Of a DNA stretch of 64,000 bases, positions 1-9,216 are shown piece by piece (positions within the stretch are counted from its first letter, which is position 1; the number at the start of each line of letters is the position of its first letter). The position numbers were made by a program, and so were the translations under genes. This DNA comes from a virus. Lineage: Duplodnaviria; Caudoviricetes. The notes under the pieces are model-generated. The model ran no database searches. It had not been told where the DNA came from and saw only the letters and a program-made list of their open reading frames with translations. The stretch covers positions 17,232 through 81,231 of IMG/VR virus record IMGVR_UViG_3300009085_000025, one strand, 5' to 3'.

Positions 1-403
1 CGGGTTTCACCACAAGATTATAGTTCAATAAATCGACATCAATCTTATCTTCAATGATAAGAACTTCATATGCGTCCCTATCAAAATCAAACGTTTCAAA
101 AAAGCGTCTTCCTTGCTCGATATACGGTTGTTCTTTTATGAAAGCCGGAGGTTTACGAGCAACCATTCTCGTATAGTTATCTGAAAAATAATCAGCCAAC
201 TCAATAAGTTCAAGCTCTTCTCTGAAGAACTTTTCAAGAACCTCATGAACAAGCAATCCATAATCAGAGAAAAAGTTGCCCGTTCTTTCTACTCCATCAG
301 TCAAATAAGTAAGAAGATAGCTATGTTTGCACCCGTGGAACGTGGATAAACCACTGAATGAAAAACGTATTTTATTAATCTTTTCCAGTCTTGTTTCATC
401 CAT
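1..403 (-). CDS. PD-(D/E)xK RecB/Cas4-like exonuclease, truncated by window edge
   Basis: Hand translation from ATG at 403: MDETRLEKINKIRFSFSGLSTFHGCKHSYLLTY...FFSDYGLLVHEVLEKFF; SFSxLxxFxxC and GxxxHxxLE are typical of the PDDEXK_1 N-terminus. Not in ORF track. Confidence 0.7.
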   Translation of the reverse strand, partial: MDETRLEKINKIRFSFSGLSTFHGCKHSYLLTYLTDGVERTGNFFSDYGLLVHEVLEKFFREELELIELADYFSDNYTRMVARKPPAFIKEQPYIEQGRRFFETFDFDRDAYEVLIIEDKIDVDLLNYNLVVKP

Positions 404-674
404 CAATATGCTCCCCACGACAAGAAGAAATGACATCTACAACATCTAGGGGAATGCAAACATTGGAAACACCATCGTCATTTTTGTCAATCCATTTTCT
501 CGATGGCGATAAAGCTATTTTACAAACCTTTTTATATGCTTCATCAAAATTATTTGCGGCAACCACATATTCTTCGCTGTCATCACAAGCGGCTTCTTCT
601 TTTGTTGAGTGATAGCTCCACATCACGGACACTTCAATCGTGTAAATATATAATCCACTAAGATTCTTTTTCAT
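396..674 (-). CDS. hypothetical protein
   Basis: 92 aa ORF overlapping neighbours by ATGA-type coupling. Confidence 0.6.
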   Translation of the reverse strand: MKKNLSGLYIYTIEVSVMWSYHSTKEEAACDDSEEYVVAANNFDEAYKKVCKIALSPSRKWIDKNDDGVSNVCIPLDVVDVISSCRGEHIDG

Positions 675-895
675 TCTAGGTTTTTCCTTTCATTCAAAGA
701 ATTTTGTCCGCTTTTAATTGCGGATTCAATCTCACTATAAGACAGTAATTTCTTTGCAATTGCAATCAACACACCTTCTCTTTCATTGAAGCTGTCGTTT
801 GCACCCAATTCCGCCGTGGTTGTAGTTCCATCGCTCCACTTCACCGTGGTTACAGGTGGAGAAATAACAACCCATTCAACATATAAATCAAACAT
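671..895 (-). CDS. small phage protein, paralog of 18550..18915
   Basis: TTVKWSDGTTT...EGVLIAIAKK resembles TVVFWKDGTQT...KAVAMAIAKR in 18550..18915; RBS AAGGAG. Confidence 0.65.
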   Translation of the reverse strand: MFDLYVEWVVISPPVTTVKWSDGTTTTAELGANDSFNEREGVLIAIAKKLLSYSEIESAIKSGQNSLNERKNLE

Positions 896-910
896 AAATA
901 CGCATCTCCT

Positions 911-1255
911 TTAGAATCCAATTAGTGAATAAGCTCTGATTGGAGTTCTACTATCTCCAACATAATGATAATACTTGAACACGGTCTTTCTGCAAGAAGA
1001 ACATCTTCCGGTTCCATGCATCAGACCCCACTCGAATGAGAAACATAGGTCTTCTCCGCAATGTGGACATTCATCTTTCATCAGCCAAACTTCTTCTAAT
1101 TCTTGAACTTGTTCAAGTGTGACATGACTACCAGATTGCTCGTTGAACTTATTCAACTCTTCCTCTGATACTTGAACTTTTTTAATGGTGAATTTATCTT
1201 CACCAAATTTTTCACATGCCGCCTTATAGAATTCTTCAAATGTCATTCCAGCCAT
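911..1255 (-). CDS. zinc-ribbon protein
   Basis: CPHC...CSSC. Confidence 0.65.
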   Translation of the reverse strand: MAGMTFEEFYKAACEKFGEDKFTIKKVQVSEEELNKFNEQSGSHVTLEQVQELEEVWLMKDECPHCGEDLCFSFEWGLMHGTGRCSSCRKTVFKYYHYVGDSRTPIRAYSLIGF

Positions 1256-1470
1256 TATATAATCCCATTCTCTACATTAATCAATGTAACTTCGTTTGTT
1301 CTAGGATTGAGTCGATATCCTTTTTTCACCTGAAAATTATCGGTTACTGATACTTGATACCACCAAAACACATCATCATATCCTATCCATCTTACGGTGC
1401 TTTCAGAGGCGCGGTCATAATACGTCCAAAACAAATCGTTTCTAATCTTTTCAAACCTAGCTTTTATCAT
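1255..1470 (-). CDS. hypothetical protein
   Basis: 71 aa, tightly packed in operon. Confidence 0.55.
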   Translation of the reverse strand: MIKARFEKIRNDLFWTYYDRASESTVRWIGYDDVFWWYQVSVTDNFQVKKGYRLNPRTNEVTLINVENGII

Positions 1471-3468
1471 TTAATCTCCTCCATCCTCATATATATCATC
1501 ATCAACTCCGTGATTATTTGGGTCATGATTTGGAAGGGGTGTTTGATTGTTGTCCCATCCATATCTCTTCCATAGTTCACGTGGCTTTGAATAAAATCTA
1601 TACGACAAATCGAAATACATATCTACTTTTCCAAGTTTACCCATCAGGCGATTCTTATAAAACTGAACGCATGTGTCAAAAGAAATAGGTTCTTTTCCAC
1701 GTTTGTATCCACCACCTTTTGTGTTGGGCTCACCTTTTTTATCTTTTTCTGAATATCTTCGCACGGATAAACTGTAATGACACAAGTTGAAGATATCAGC
1801 AGAACCAGACATCTCATATCCACCAACCCCATCGGCGGTTGTTCCAGACGATGGCTTTCTGGGATGAACGACAAGAACAATCAGAACATTATATTTTGCC
1901 GCGAAAGTTTTCAGCTTGTTCATCATTTCGCGCTGTTTGCTATATGTATTCACATCATTTTCACCAAGACCAAGAGTAGCAAGATTATCAAGAATAATAA
2001 CCTTGTCACCATTGACCATCACAGTTTGTTGCGCTCGGCTCAGAACAACATCTAAATTATTGTCGTCATCTTTTAGAATATGAATTTTTCCACGATACCA
2101 ATTTACAATTTTTTCACGGGTTGTTTTTTCAATAACTCGAACAAAATTATTTCCCGTTTTCAACTTCGTGTTTTCTCTTCCCGCCATGGCGACTTCAATC
2201 CAGCCACGAAGAATTGACGGAGACATTTCTCCTGAGAAAACTGTAACTCCAAATCCTTGATTTACTGCTTCTACCACAAACCATTGATTTACAAGAGTGC
2301 TTTTACCAGAGCCCGGAGTTCCTGTAACTGTAACAACGGTTCCAAAATAAAATTTATTAATTATTTCTTTATCTACAGCATCGATGCCTGTCAAAAGACC
2401 ATCCCATTTTTCTGGGTCAAAATCTTCGGCATCCTCAAGATTCATAATGCCTTCAATTGGAAGTTCTTTTTCCTGACAAGATAAATCTACTACTGCTTGT
2501 TTTCCCAATTTCAGTAAAACATCATTCACATCTTTTAGGGAAATCTTCTCGTTGTTTACTGTCAACTCTTTTGGAATTTCAACATATCGACACCGATGAT
2601 TTCCCAATCTAACAATAATTTCACGTCGAGCCTTTGTTCCGGCTTCATCATTATCCATCCACAAAATAATCTTGTCGAATAATCCAAGCCAATCGTAATT
2701 GTATTCAATCCAAGATTGAGTATTAGCACCAAAGGGAACGGACACAGCGTTTGTAATTCCTGCTTCGTGTAATGCCATCGCGTCATATTCACCTTCAGCA
2801 ATATTCAGTGTTCCGGATTGGCTGACTTTATTCATACCATACAGCAACGGCTTGCTTCCAGCACCAGCAAAATCAGGTTTATTTTTATCTTCCTTTGGGG
2901 AGATTCCGATAACCTTTGAATCTTGTTTCTCTAATTTTTTAGATTGACGAGCTTTTATAAAAGTAAGAACATCGTTGGCATCATAATAATTGAACAGGGT
3001 ATTCCCATATTTATTTGATGTCACATCATAGAAAGCCAGCGTTTCCTCAGACAAGCCTCTTGTCTTTGCGTATTCAACAACCTGAGTTTTATCTTCGTCT
3101 ACACGTCTAGGATATGCATATTGTTTGGCTGTCATCTCTTTCTTTGCACTACTTTGAATTGTAAAATCAATTCCAGAAAAAGAAACAATCTTGTCAATAG
3201 CCTGTCGAGAAGTCATTCCATAATGTACGATATAGTGATTCATAATATCGTAATTTTTATTGCAACCAAAACAATGAAACGATGATGTTTTATCATTCCA
3301 TATGAATGATGAACTGTTCTCATTATGAAATGGACAATTTCCCTTTAGTTTATCACCATCCCAATTTTCAATTTTCAAATCTCTAACGATGGTCTCAATA
3401 GAATCATCTCTAATTTTCTCTTTAGCCGATAATAAAACCTGCCGTAGTTCTTCATTTTTATTGGTCAT
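1471..3468 (-). CDS. DNA primase-helicase (T7 gp4/Twinkle-like: Zn finger, TOPRIM, DnaB-like helicase)
   Basis: CPFH...C Zn finger; EGEYD and DNDEAG TOPRIM motifs; Walker A GTPGSGKST; ILDNL Walker B; HPRK motif. Confidence 0.93.
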   Translation of the reverse strand: MTNKNEELRQVLLSAKEKIRDDSIETIVRDLKIENWDGDKLKGNCPFHNENSSSFIWNDKTSSFHCFGCNKNYDIMNHYIVHYGMTSRQAIDKIVSFSGIDFTIQSSAKKEMTAKQYAYPRRVDEDKTQVVEYAKTRGLSEETLAFYDVTSNKYGNTLFNYYDANDVLTFIKARQSKKLEKQDSKVIGISPKEDKNKPDFAGAGSKPLLYGMNKVSQSGTLNIAEGEYDAMALHEAGITNAVSVPFGANTQSWIEYNYDWLGLFDKIILWMDNDEAGTKARREIIVRLGNHRCRYVEIPKELTVNNEKISLKDVNDVLLKLGKQAVVDLSCQEKELPIEGIMNLEDAEDFDPEKWDGLLTGIDAVDKEIINKFYFGTVVTVTGTPGSGKSTLVNQWFVVEAVNQGFGVTVFSGEMSPSILRGWIEVAMAGRENTKLKTGNNFVRVIEKTTREKIVNWYRGKIHILKDDDNNLDVVLSRAQQTVMVNGDKVIILDNLATLGLGENDVNTYSKQREMMNKLKTFAAKYNVLIVLVVHPRKPSSGTTADGVGGYEMSGSADIFNLCHYSLSVRRYSEKDKKGEPNTKGGGYKRGKEPISFDTCVQFYKNRLMGKLGKVDMYFDLSYRFYSKPRELWKRYGWDNNQTPLPNHDPNNHGVDDDIYEDGGD

Positions 3469-3488
3469 ATTGCTCCCATGTTACAATT

Positions 3489-4268
3489 TTAAAAAATATG
3501 ATTTTTATTTTCGTTTGACAATTCTACAAATGTAAAATCTTTTTCCATATCAAAACCGCGCACAATCCAGAAAGAATGAAAATCAGAAGAAGAAACTTTT
3601 CTCAGCAACGCATTGGGGATAGACTCAATCGTCTCATACTTCCCAACGTTAGCGTGATAGGTATCTTCTACAAATGGAATATGACGGAAGAATTCCATCA
3701 TATGACGGTATGATTTCGCCTTTATTTCAAATTCCTTATTGACCGCATAAATTCCAAGATATTCATTTGCTCTTGAAATAACATTCGGGGTAATAAAATC
3801 AATTCGTCTTTCGGGCACAATCCCCTGCAATCCCTTGTTTCTAAACATGTCCCATAGATACCCACTCATGTCGAATGGAATAAGAAAAGCAAATGGCAGG
3901 TTGATGCTTATTGCCGTATCTATAAATTCTTTCTTCAAGGAAAACGGGGGATTTCCAACAATACAATCTATTTTATGAGAATTTGCAACCAAAGACGATA
4001 GATGAGCATCAGCAACAAAATTTTGTTGTATGTTTTGTTTTGACCCATCGATGTCAGTTGACAAAACAGAAAACCCGAATTCTTTAAGTACCTTTGTAAT
4101 GTTATGATTTCCAGCACCAACATCCCAAACTTTTTCTACGTGACTAGGAATATGAGGAAGCAGTAAGTTTGTTGCATATACGGGAGTAAGAAACAAATCT
4201 CTTTGTTGCTGTTCATTTGGGGTTTTGATTTGAGGAACCTTTGTTTTTGCTAATTTATAATCACTCAT
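3489..4268 (-). CDS. N6-adenine DNA methyltransferase
   Basis: WDVGAG motif I, DID, NPPF catalytic motif IV, RRIDF; orphan (no adjacent endonuclease). Confidence 0.8.
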   Translation of the reverse strand: MSDYKLAKTKVPQIKTPNEQQQRDLFLTPVYATNLLLPHIPSHVEKVWDVGAGNHNITKVLKEFGFSVLSTDIDGSKQNIQQNFVADAHLSSLVANSHKIDCIVGNPPFSLKKEFIDTAISINLPFAFLIPFDMSGYLWDMFRNKGLQGIVPERRIDFITPNVISRANEYLGIYAVNKEFEIKAKSYRHMMEFFRHIPFVEDTYHANVGKYETIESIPNALLRKVSSSDFHSFWIVRGFDMEKDFTFVELSNENKNHIF

Positions 4269-4277
4269 ATTTATCCT

Positions 4278-4991
4278 TTAAAATGGAATATATTCTTTAT
4301 CATTCAATGATTTCTTCAATCTTTTCTGTGCCAACTTGAATGGTTTTTTATCATATTCAATTCCGACATAATGCCATCTTTCTTCAGCACAGACCTGCCC
4401 CATTGAACCAACTCCCATAAATGGGTCAACCACTAAGTCTCCATCTACAAGAAAAGGCTTTGTAATTCGCCTCAGTAATTCAATTGGCTTCTGCCACCTT
4501 ACCAGTTTTCCAGACGAATCTTTAATTCTCTCTTTCGCGCCAGTTGTCAACGTGATATCGGTGATAACACTTGTCGCAACTTTTGTCATTCTTCCCGATG
4601 GATTCAATCCTTTGGCGCTTGCTGTTACTTTTTTTACTTGCGCCCTATCTGGATTGAATCGAAAATCTTTTCCTTTTGAGAATATGATGATATCATCGTG
4701 AACTTGTGCAAACTGCTTCTTCCCATGGTTGCCCCATTCATTTTTCCATATCAACCAATTTACAAAATTTGCTTCGGGTAAACCATCAACAAATTTTTTA
4801 TATTCAGCAGACGAATGATAATCGGTGATTGCAATCATAACACCGTTGGGTCTCAACATATTCCAATATCTTTCAGCCCAACTAAAATCTTTATTTTCAT
4901 AAATATAATCGGCTAAAACTAAATCGCACCATGGAATTTCAAGCTCCATGATGTCAAATTCCATGTTGTCTTGATGAAATAATTTTATCAT
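4278..4991 (-). CDS. N4/N6 DNA methyltransferase (beta-type order) with atypical motif IV
   Basis: C-terminal DPFMGVGS motif I, QKP.ELL, GIEYD; motif IV position reads DYIY rather than DPPY. Confidence 0.75.
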   Translation of the reverse strand: MIKLFHQDNMEFDIMELEIPWCDLVLADYIYENKDFSWAERYWNMLRPNGVMIAITDYHSSAEYKKFVDGLPEANFVNWLIWKNEWGNHGKKQFAQVHDDIIIFSKGKDFRFNPDRAQVKKVTASAKGLNPSGRMTKVATSVITDITLTTGAKERIKDSSGKLVRWQKPIELLRRITKPFLVDGDLVVDPFMGVGSMGQVCAEERWHYVGIEYDKKPFKLAQKRLKKSLNDKEYIPF

Positions 4992-5203
4992 AATTTTTAC
5001 TCAAAACGAGAAAGAGATTGATGTGTTTCAAATTCTTCCCAAAATAAGTCCATCTCTTTCAAGGTGTCAAATCCAGCCCCTACCAGTAGTGACAAATATT
5101 GTTTTCCATTCCATGCAATTTCGTCACCCTTATATTCGTACCAAATCAAATTATTCTTAATCATCGTAATCATATATTTTATAATTCCTTTTCTGTGAGC
5201 TTA

Positions 5204-5846
5204 TTATCCCATATCTCCATCTAAATTACTTGGATGTATCAAGGAACCTTCCATAACATCAAACGATTGCCAAACCAACATAGCATGTGCTACATCTAAT
5301 TTCATTGAATCAACCACTTGACATAGGAATTCGGTACTTGTTTTAGTTTTACAATAAATCTTATATAGCACAATCATCTCATCCGCTGTCAATGGATGAC
5401 CAGTTTGTAAAAAATTCAGATGTATATTACTCATTTGCATTCCCTTTCTAATAAAAATCATTTACTGAAATAACAACTATTTTTTCTCTGGTTTCCAATC
5501 CACGTCTTGGATTAAAAGTTGGTTGATGAAAATGTTGTCTATACTTACTTGGAATTCTACCGTATCCTTTATGTATCGTTTTTGATTTGCTCATAACAAC
5601 CAGACATTCCTCGTTGCCAAAACCACACGCAATCGCCTCGTTGTATATTTTTTCTGGCTCGGTCATTCTGTATGTTATAATTTTTTTCGCCAATTTTTTG
5701 GCGTTTTTACCATAGCAACAAGATGAAACTTTTATAATAACATCTCCGTTTTTGTCTGTCAGAGAAAGAATACCCTGAGTCAAAATATCTGTTTCAATTG
5801 GTAGCTCATGAAGCTTGCCCTTCTTTGTTTCTTTTTTTATTTTCAT
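5204..5846 (-). other. two hypothetical CDS (5204..5461, 5448..5846)
   Basis: co-oriented ORFs with purine-rich RBS. Confidence 0.5.
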
Positions 5847-5971
5847 TTTTACGTGTTCCTTTGCTGTCTTTTATTTTACGCTGGTCAATTACACTAATGT
5901 CGGGTTATAGGTCTTTATAATATAAATCTACAAAGTATGTAATTGACCGGAGAAAAACAAAGTCCTAAAGG

Positions 5972-6007
5972 ATTACCCGTATTCTACCTAGGTAGAATAC
6001 GGGTAAT
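5972..6007. terminator. 36-bp perfect palindrome downstream of ssb
   Basis: ATTACCCGTATTCTACCT/AGGTAGAATACGGGTAAT, 10 nt after the ssb stop. Confidence 0.7.
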
Positions 6008-6017
6008 TTTTTTTATA

Positions 6018-6509
6018 TTATTCCTCGCCAAAGATATCGTCTTCTTCGCTTGTCAAATCATCGTCATCAATGAACGGGTTTTCATCACGAGAAGATTCAG
6101 ATTCCTCAACTTGGGGGGCTTCATCCATGGTGCTCTTTCCATCTTTCTTCTCAGGGGTATAAAAGTCCCAGTCCCAAATAGTAAAGAATGGTTGCTTGGA
6201 ATACACCGTTTCACCTTCTCGGTTTTCATATTTTTCTTGCTGAAAAGAGAAGGACTTGATTACAATCATTACGCCCATCTTGTTTGAACTGTCGTTGAAC
6301 GTGGGCGCGTTTTCCAAACGTTCCTGTAGCTTATCCAAACCTTCCATTGCGGTTCCGCGCAAATTCCAGAAACTAAAGTAAGACTTGACAGCCTTTCCAC
6401 TTTTCTTGTCTTTGCGAGACGTTGTAAAGCGAATTTGTGCATACTCACCCTTGTCTTCAACCTTGGTGACAATACCCAAAACTTTTTGACCTTTGATAAA
6501 AAATGACAT
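6018..6509 (-). CDS. ssb: single-stranded DNA-binding protein
   Basis: OB-fold-like N-terminus, acidic tail ending EEDDIFGEE, adjacent to AAA ATPase. Confidence 0.75.
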   Translation of the reverse strand: MSFFIKGQKVLGIVTKVEDKGEYAQIRFTTSRKDKKSGKAVKSYFSFWNLRGTAMEGLDKLQERLENAPTFNDSSNKMGVMIVIKSFSFQQEKYENREGETVYSKQPFFTIWDWDFYTPEKKDGKSTMDEAPQVEESESSRDENPFIDDDDLTSEEDDIFGEE

Positions 6510-6544
6510 GTTTTATATTCTCCTGTATATAATAGATAGATTAT

Positions 6545-7522
6545 TTAAGCTTGTTCTTTATTTGTTTCTGGTTTTACTTCTAGAGTAGAGACATTCTTCA
6601 AATCTTCAAGTAAAGATTTCAAAACGTTTTCATCTGCAATCTTGCGAGGGTCGCCGGACGGTTCGTATTTTTTAATTACCGCTTTCGCCTCGGCTTTATT
6701 TTGCATAAGTTTTTGCTTTGCTAACTCGACCACTTGCTCCTTGATTGTTAGCTCGACTTTCTTCTCATCTGAACTATCTTCAACCTTGAAGTCTGTTTTT
6801 CTTTTTGGGGCATCTTCCCCAGAATTAGCCCAACGAATTAGGTCTACACCATCTTGTTCTGATATAACAAAAGCGCCACGTTTTTCAAACAAGTGAGTGT
6901 TATCTTTTTGAACTTCTGCCGAATTTGTCTTCTGGTCTATCATGAATGTAGCCATAAATTCAAATTCGTAATCCTTGCGCTGGTCTGCACCAACACCCAA
7001 TTTTCTGATGGTAGTTTTTCCAGTTTCGCTTTTTTCAACTTCGTACTTGTCTTCTCCACGAACCGTTGAAATGATGTGAAGGGGACTTTCTGCCAGAGCA
7101 GTAGTAAAAAGCTCGTGGCGAGGAGTTACCTTTGAAAAAGCCTTAAAGTCACCGCCATTGGCTTGATGAATTTTCAAAGCCTTTTTCCACTCGTGGGTTG
7201 CGGAGTCGATAATCAAAATCTTGTAACCCTGCTGAATTGCAAACCTAATGAAATCAGCATAAACTTCTGGGTCTGAATCCGATGGAATGTCAACAATCTT
7301 ATACTTGAATTCATTTGCATAAATTCTTCCTCGGCTTCCTTCAGTATTGCCCATGAGAATTTTTGTTTCTACGCCCATTCTGGAAAGTTCTTCTTGCATT
7401 CCGGTTGCCATACGCAATGCAGAATATGTCTTACCTCCACCAGAAGGACTCATGAGAGCTACTTTCACCCAAACATTTTCGCGTTTCGCATCTTCAACTA
7501 CGAATTTCATGCTACTTGCCAT
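6545..7522 (-). CDS. AAA_24 / Sak4-like ATPase (recombination)
   Basis: Walker A SPSGGGKT, IIDSATHEW Walker B, EYEF-like motif. Confidence 0.8.
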   Translation of the reverse strand: MASSMKFVVEDAKRENVWVKVALMSPSGGGKTYSALRMATGMQEELSRMGVETKILMGNTEGSRGRIYANEFKYKIVDIPSDSDPEVYADFIRFAIQQGYKILIIDSATHEWKKALKIHQANGGDFKAFSKVTPRHELFTTALAESPLHIISTVRGEDKYEVEKSETGKTTIRKLGVGADQRKDYEFEFMATFMIDQKTNSAEVQKDNTHLFEKRGAFVISEQDGVDLIRWANSGEDAPKRKTDFKVEDSSDEKKVELTIKEQVVELAKQKLMQNKAEAKAVIKKYEPSGDPRKIADENVLKSLLEDLKNVSTLEVKPETNKEQA

Positions 7523-7542
7523 TTTATTTTTCTCCTTGAATT

Positions 7543-8037
7543 TTAATTACAAATAATAACTTTCATGACATCTTCAATTGCAGTATTTATTTCTTCTTCT
7601 GAATTCATCTTTCCTAATCCAAGAGTCAAACAATCGTTTTCAAAATTATCTTTCACCAATTTCCCCATATTGACATTGAGAACAAAAAATTGAAACTCAT
7701 CTTGAAGCCTGTCTGACAAATCTTTTCCAACTTCAACCATAAGAACATCTGCGATTTTACCGTTTTCTTCCGCTTTGTTGCTTTCCATTGTCTTACGCAT
7801 AAATTTTACGATGTGCCTATATTCAAAATCTTGAAACTCGTTTGCCATCTCCATTAGGCGCTCAATGAAGGTGACTGATTCAACCTCTTCAGAAAAATTC
7901 CACTCCAATGCACTCGCCGTATTTCTCAGATGCCTCAGTGGTGATACGTTCCAAATCCAATAGTTTTGTTTCATCTTTTCTTGAAGGAGGTTTCTTGCTT
8001 CAGTGTCTCCAGTCAAAATTATAAAAGCTTTTTTCAT
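7543..8037 (-). CDS. hypothetical, possibly degenerate nucleotide-kinase-like protein
   Basis: Start moved to ATG 8037 after RBS GGAGG; loose resemblance to phage dNMP-kinase-like proteins but no Walker A lysine. Confidence 0.4.
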   Translation of the reverse strand: MKKAFIILTGDTEARNLLQEKMKQNYWIWNVSPLRHLRNTASALEWNFSEEVESVTFIERLMEMANEFQDFEYRHIVKFMRKTMESNKAEENGKIADVLMVEVGKDLSDRLQDEFQFFVLNVNMGKLVKDNFENDCLTLGLGKMNSEEEINTAIEDVMKVIICN

Positions 8038-8597
8038 TGTTCCTCCTTTACTATAAATTCCTTGTGATTTAATTGTTTCAAAACTTCTTCTGTAAAAACT
8101 CTCCACTGTCTAAGGCGGTGGGTTTTTCTTTGCCAGTAAATATTTTTTATTGTTTTATAAGACAGCATCCAAATTCTACGCTGAAGAAAACCTTCTGGCA
8201 AATTGTTTTTGATATCTTCAAACAAGCCATTCTTTACTTCTACTGATTTTTCTGATTGATAAAATTTTATAAGCTCATTTATTTTATTCAGTGTTTCTTC
8301 AAAAACAGGTAGTTCAAAATCATCTTGAGTCAACAATCTTTTTGTGATTGTATGCATCGTGCTTTCACTCTGCTTCGTTGTTCCCACCCTATACGTGTCA
8401 GCTTCCGACCACCAATATCTCGGAGCATCGACACTCCAGTATGTAATGATGCTTTCTAGGAATTTATCTTCGCCTGATAATCCGTGGGCATATTTTTTGA
8501 AAATTTGTTTTGCTCTTTTTGGATTTGAATTGTAGCTAAGTGAAAATCCAAGAGAACTTTCTTCCAAACCATATTCTGACAATTTTTCTATTTTCAT
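8034..8597 (-). CDS. ThyX-like (flavin-dependent thymidylate synthase-like) phage protein
   Basis: APRYWWSEADTYRVG, QSESTMH, LPEGFLQRR, QRKTHRL motifs of the phage ThyX-like family. Confidence 0.6.
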   Translation of the reverse strand: MKIEKLSEYGLEESSLGFSLSYNSNPKRAKQIFKKYAHGLSGEDKFLESIITYWSVDAPRYWWSEADTYRVGTTKQSESTMHTITKRLLTQDDFELPVFEETLNKINELIKFYQSEKSVEVKNGLFEDIKNNLPEGFLQRRIWMLSYKTIKNIYWQRKTHRLRQWRVFTEEVLKQLNHKEFIVKEEQ

Positions 8598-8638
8598 TTT
8601 ATATCAACGATGTTTCCTCCGTTTCAGATTTATTATAG

Positions 8639-8709
8639 CACCGATTAATTGAATCGAACAATTACCTCACCCTCCAAAGGGGCGCGTACTGCCGTTGTAC
8701 GAAATCGGT
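8639..8709 (-). tRNA. tRNA-Gln(UUG), no encoded CCA
   Basis: ACCGATT/AATCGGT acceptor, GTAC/GTAC D stem, CGCCC-CTTTGGA-GGGTG anticodon arm, AATTG-TTCGATT-CAATT T arm, G73. Confidence 0.85.
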
Positions 8710-8716
8710 ATTTCAT

Positions 8717-8809
8717 TTAGGAGCCAATTTGAAACAAAAAGTAAATCAACCAACAAAAAGAAAAAACCACAACTCCAAATTGAATATTCATTTTTAAAAA
8801 CTGTCGCAT
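8717..8809 (-). CDS. 30-aa hydrophobic peptide inside tRNA cluster
   Basis: MRQFLKMNIQFGVVVFSFCWLIYFLFQIGS; upstream AGAAAGGG. Confidence 0.4.
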   Translation of the reverse strand: MRQFLKMNIQFGVVVFSFCWLIYFLFQIGS

Positions 8810-8842
8810 GTTATAATAAAACCCTTTCTATTTTTTATTCAG

Positions 8843-8924
8843 TGGGCAATGCTAGATTCGAACTAGCACATCCAAGGAAAGTGATTTACAGTCACCCGCG
8901 CCTAGCCATATGCGCCTATTGCCC
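8843..8924 (-). tRNA. tRNA-Tyr(GUA), no encoded CCA
   Basis: GGGCAAT/ATTGCCC, GGTGA-CTGTAAA-TCACT, long variable arm, GCTAG-TTCGAAT-CTAGC. Confidence 0.9.
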
Positions 8925-8925
8925 A

Positions 8926-9079
8926 AGTGAAGGTTACTCTCAACCTACAAGCCTCACAAAGACCCTACCAGTGGAAGTTATAAGGAAGTGTATTCTCATA
9001 CGCTTCACTCATAACCATGTGACATCCGGTATTCACTCCGCTTCTCATCGGGCGTGAGATGCCCAACGGAGATGTCTTG
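8926..9079 (-). ncRNA. structured ncRNA candidate filling the tRNA-Arg/tRNA-Tyr spacer
   Basis: Hand folding: long hairpin GGUUAUGAG/CUUAUAACU plus GAAGCGUAU-GAGA-AUACACUUC, nested hairpin with possible pseudoknot, 3' hairpin AGGUUG/UAACCU. Confidence 0.55.
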
Positions 9080-9152
9080 TACGCTACCTGAGACTCGAAC
9101 TCAGACTCTACGGATTAGAAGTCCGTTGCTTTGTCCATTAAGCTAGTAACGC
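9080..9152 (-). tRNA. tRNA-Arg(UCU), no encoded CCA
   Basis: GCGTTAC/GTAGCGT, ACGGA-CTTCTAA-TCCGT, CTGAG-TTCGAGT-CTCAG, A20. Confidence 0.9.
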
Positions 9153-9175
9153 ATGTCAACCTCAAGTTATAACTA

Positions 9176-9205
9176 ATTATACCATACCTGACCATCCGCT
9201 GTCAA
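9176..9205 (-). promoter_or_regulatory. sigma70-type promoter for tRNA-Arg cluster
   Basis: TTGACA-18 bp-TATAAT with TGG extended -10. Confidence 0.8.
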
Positions 9206-9216
9206 GTAGCAATATT

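Noticed and set aside
9015-9060. Hammerhead ribozyme (CCGAUGAG...GAAU)
   Set aside because: Core deviates from CUGANGA/GAAA and stem II cannot form.
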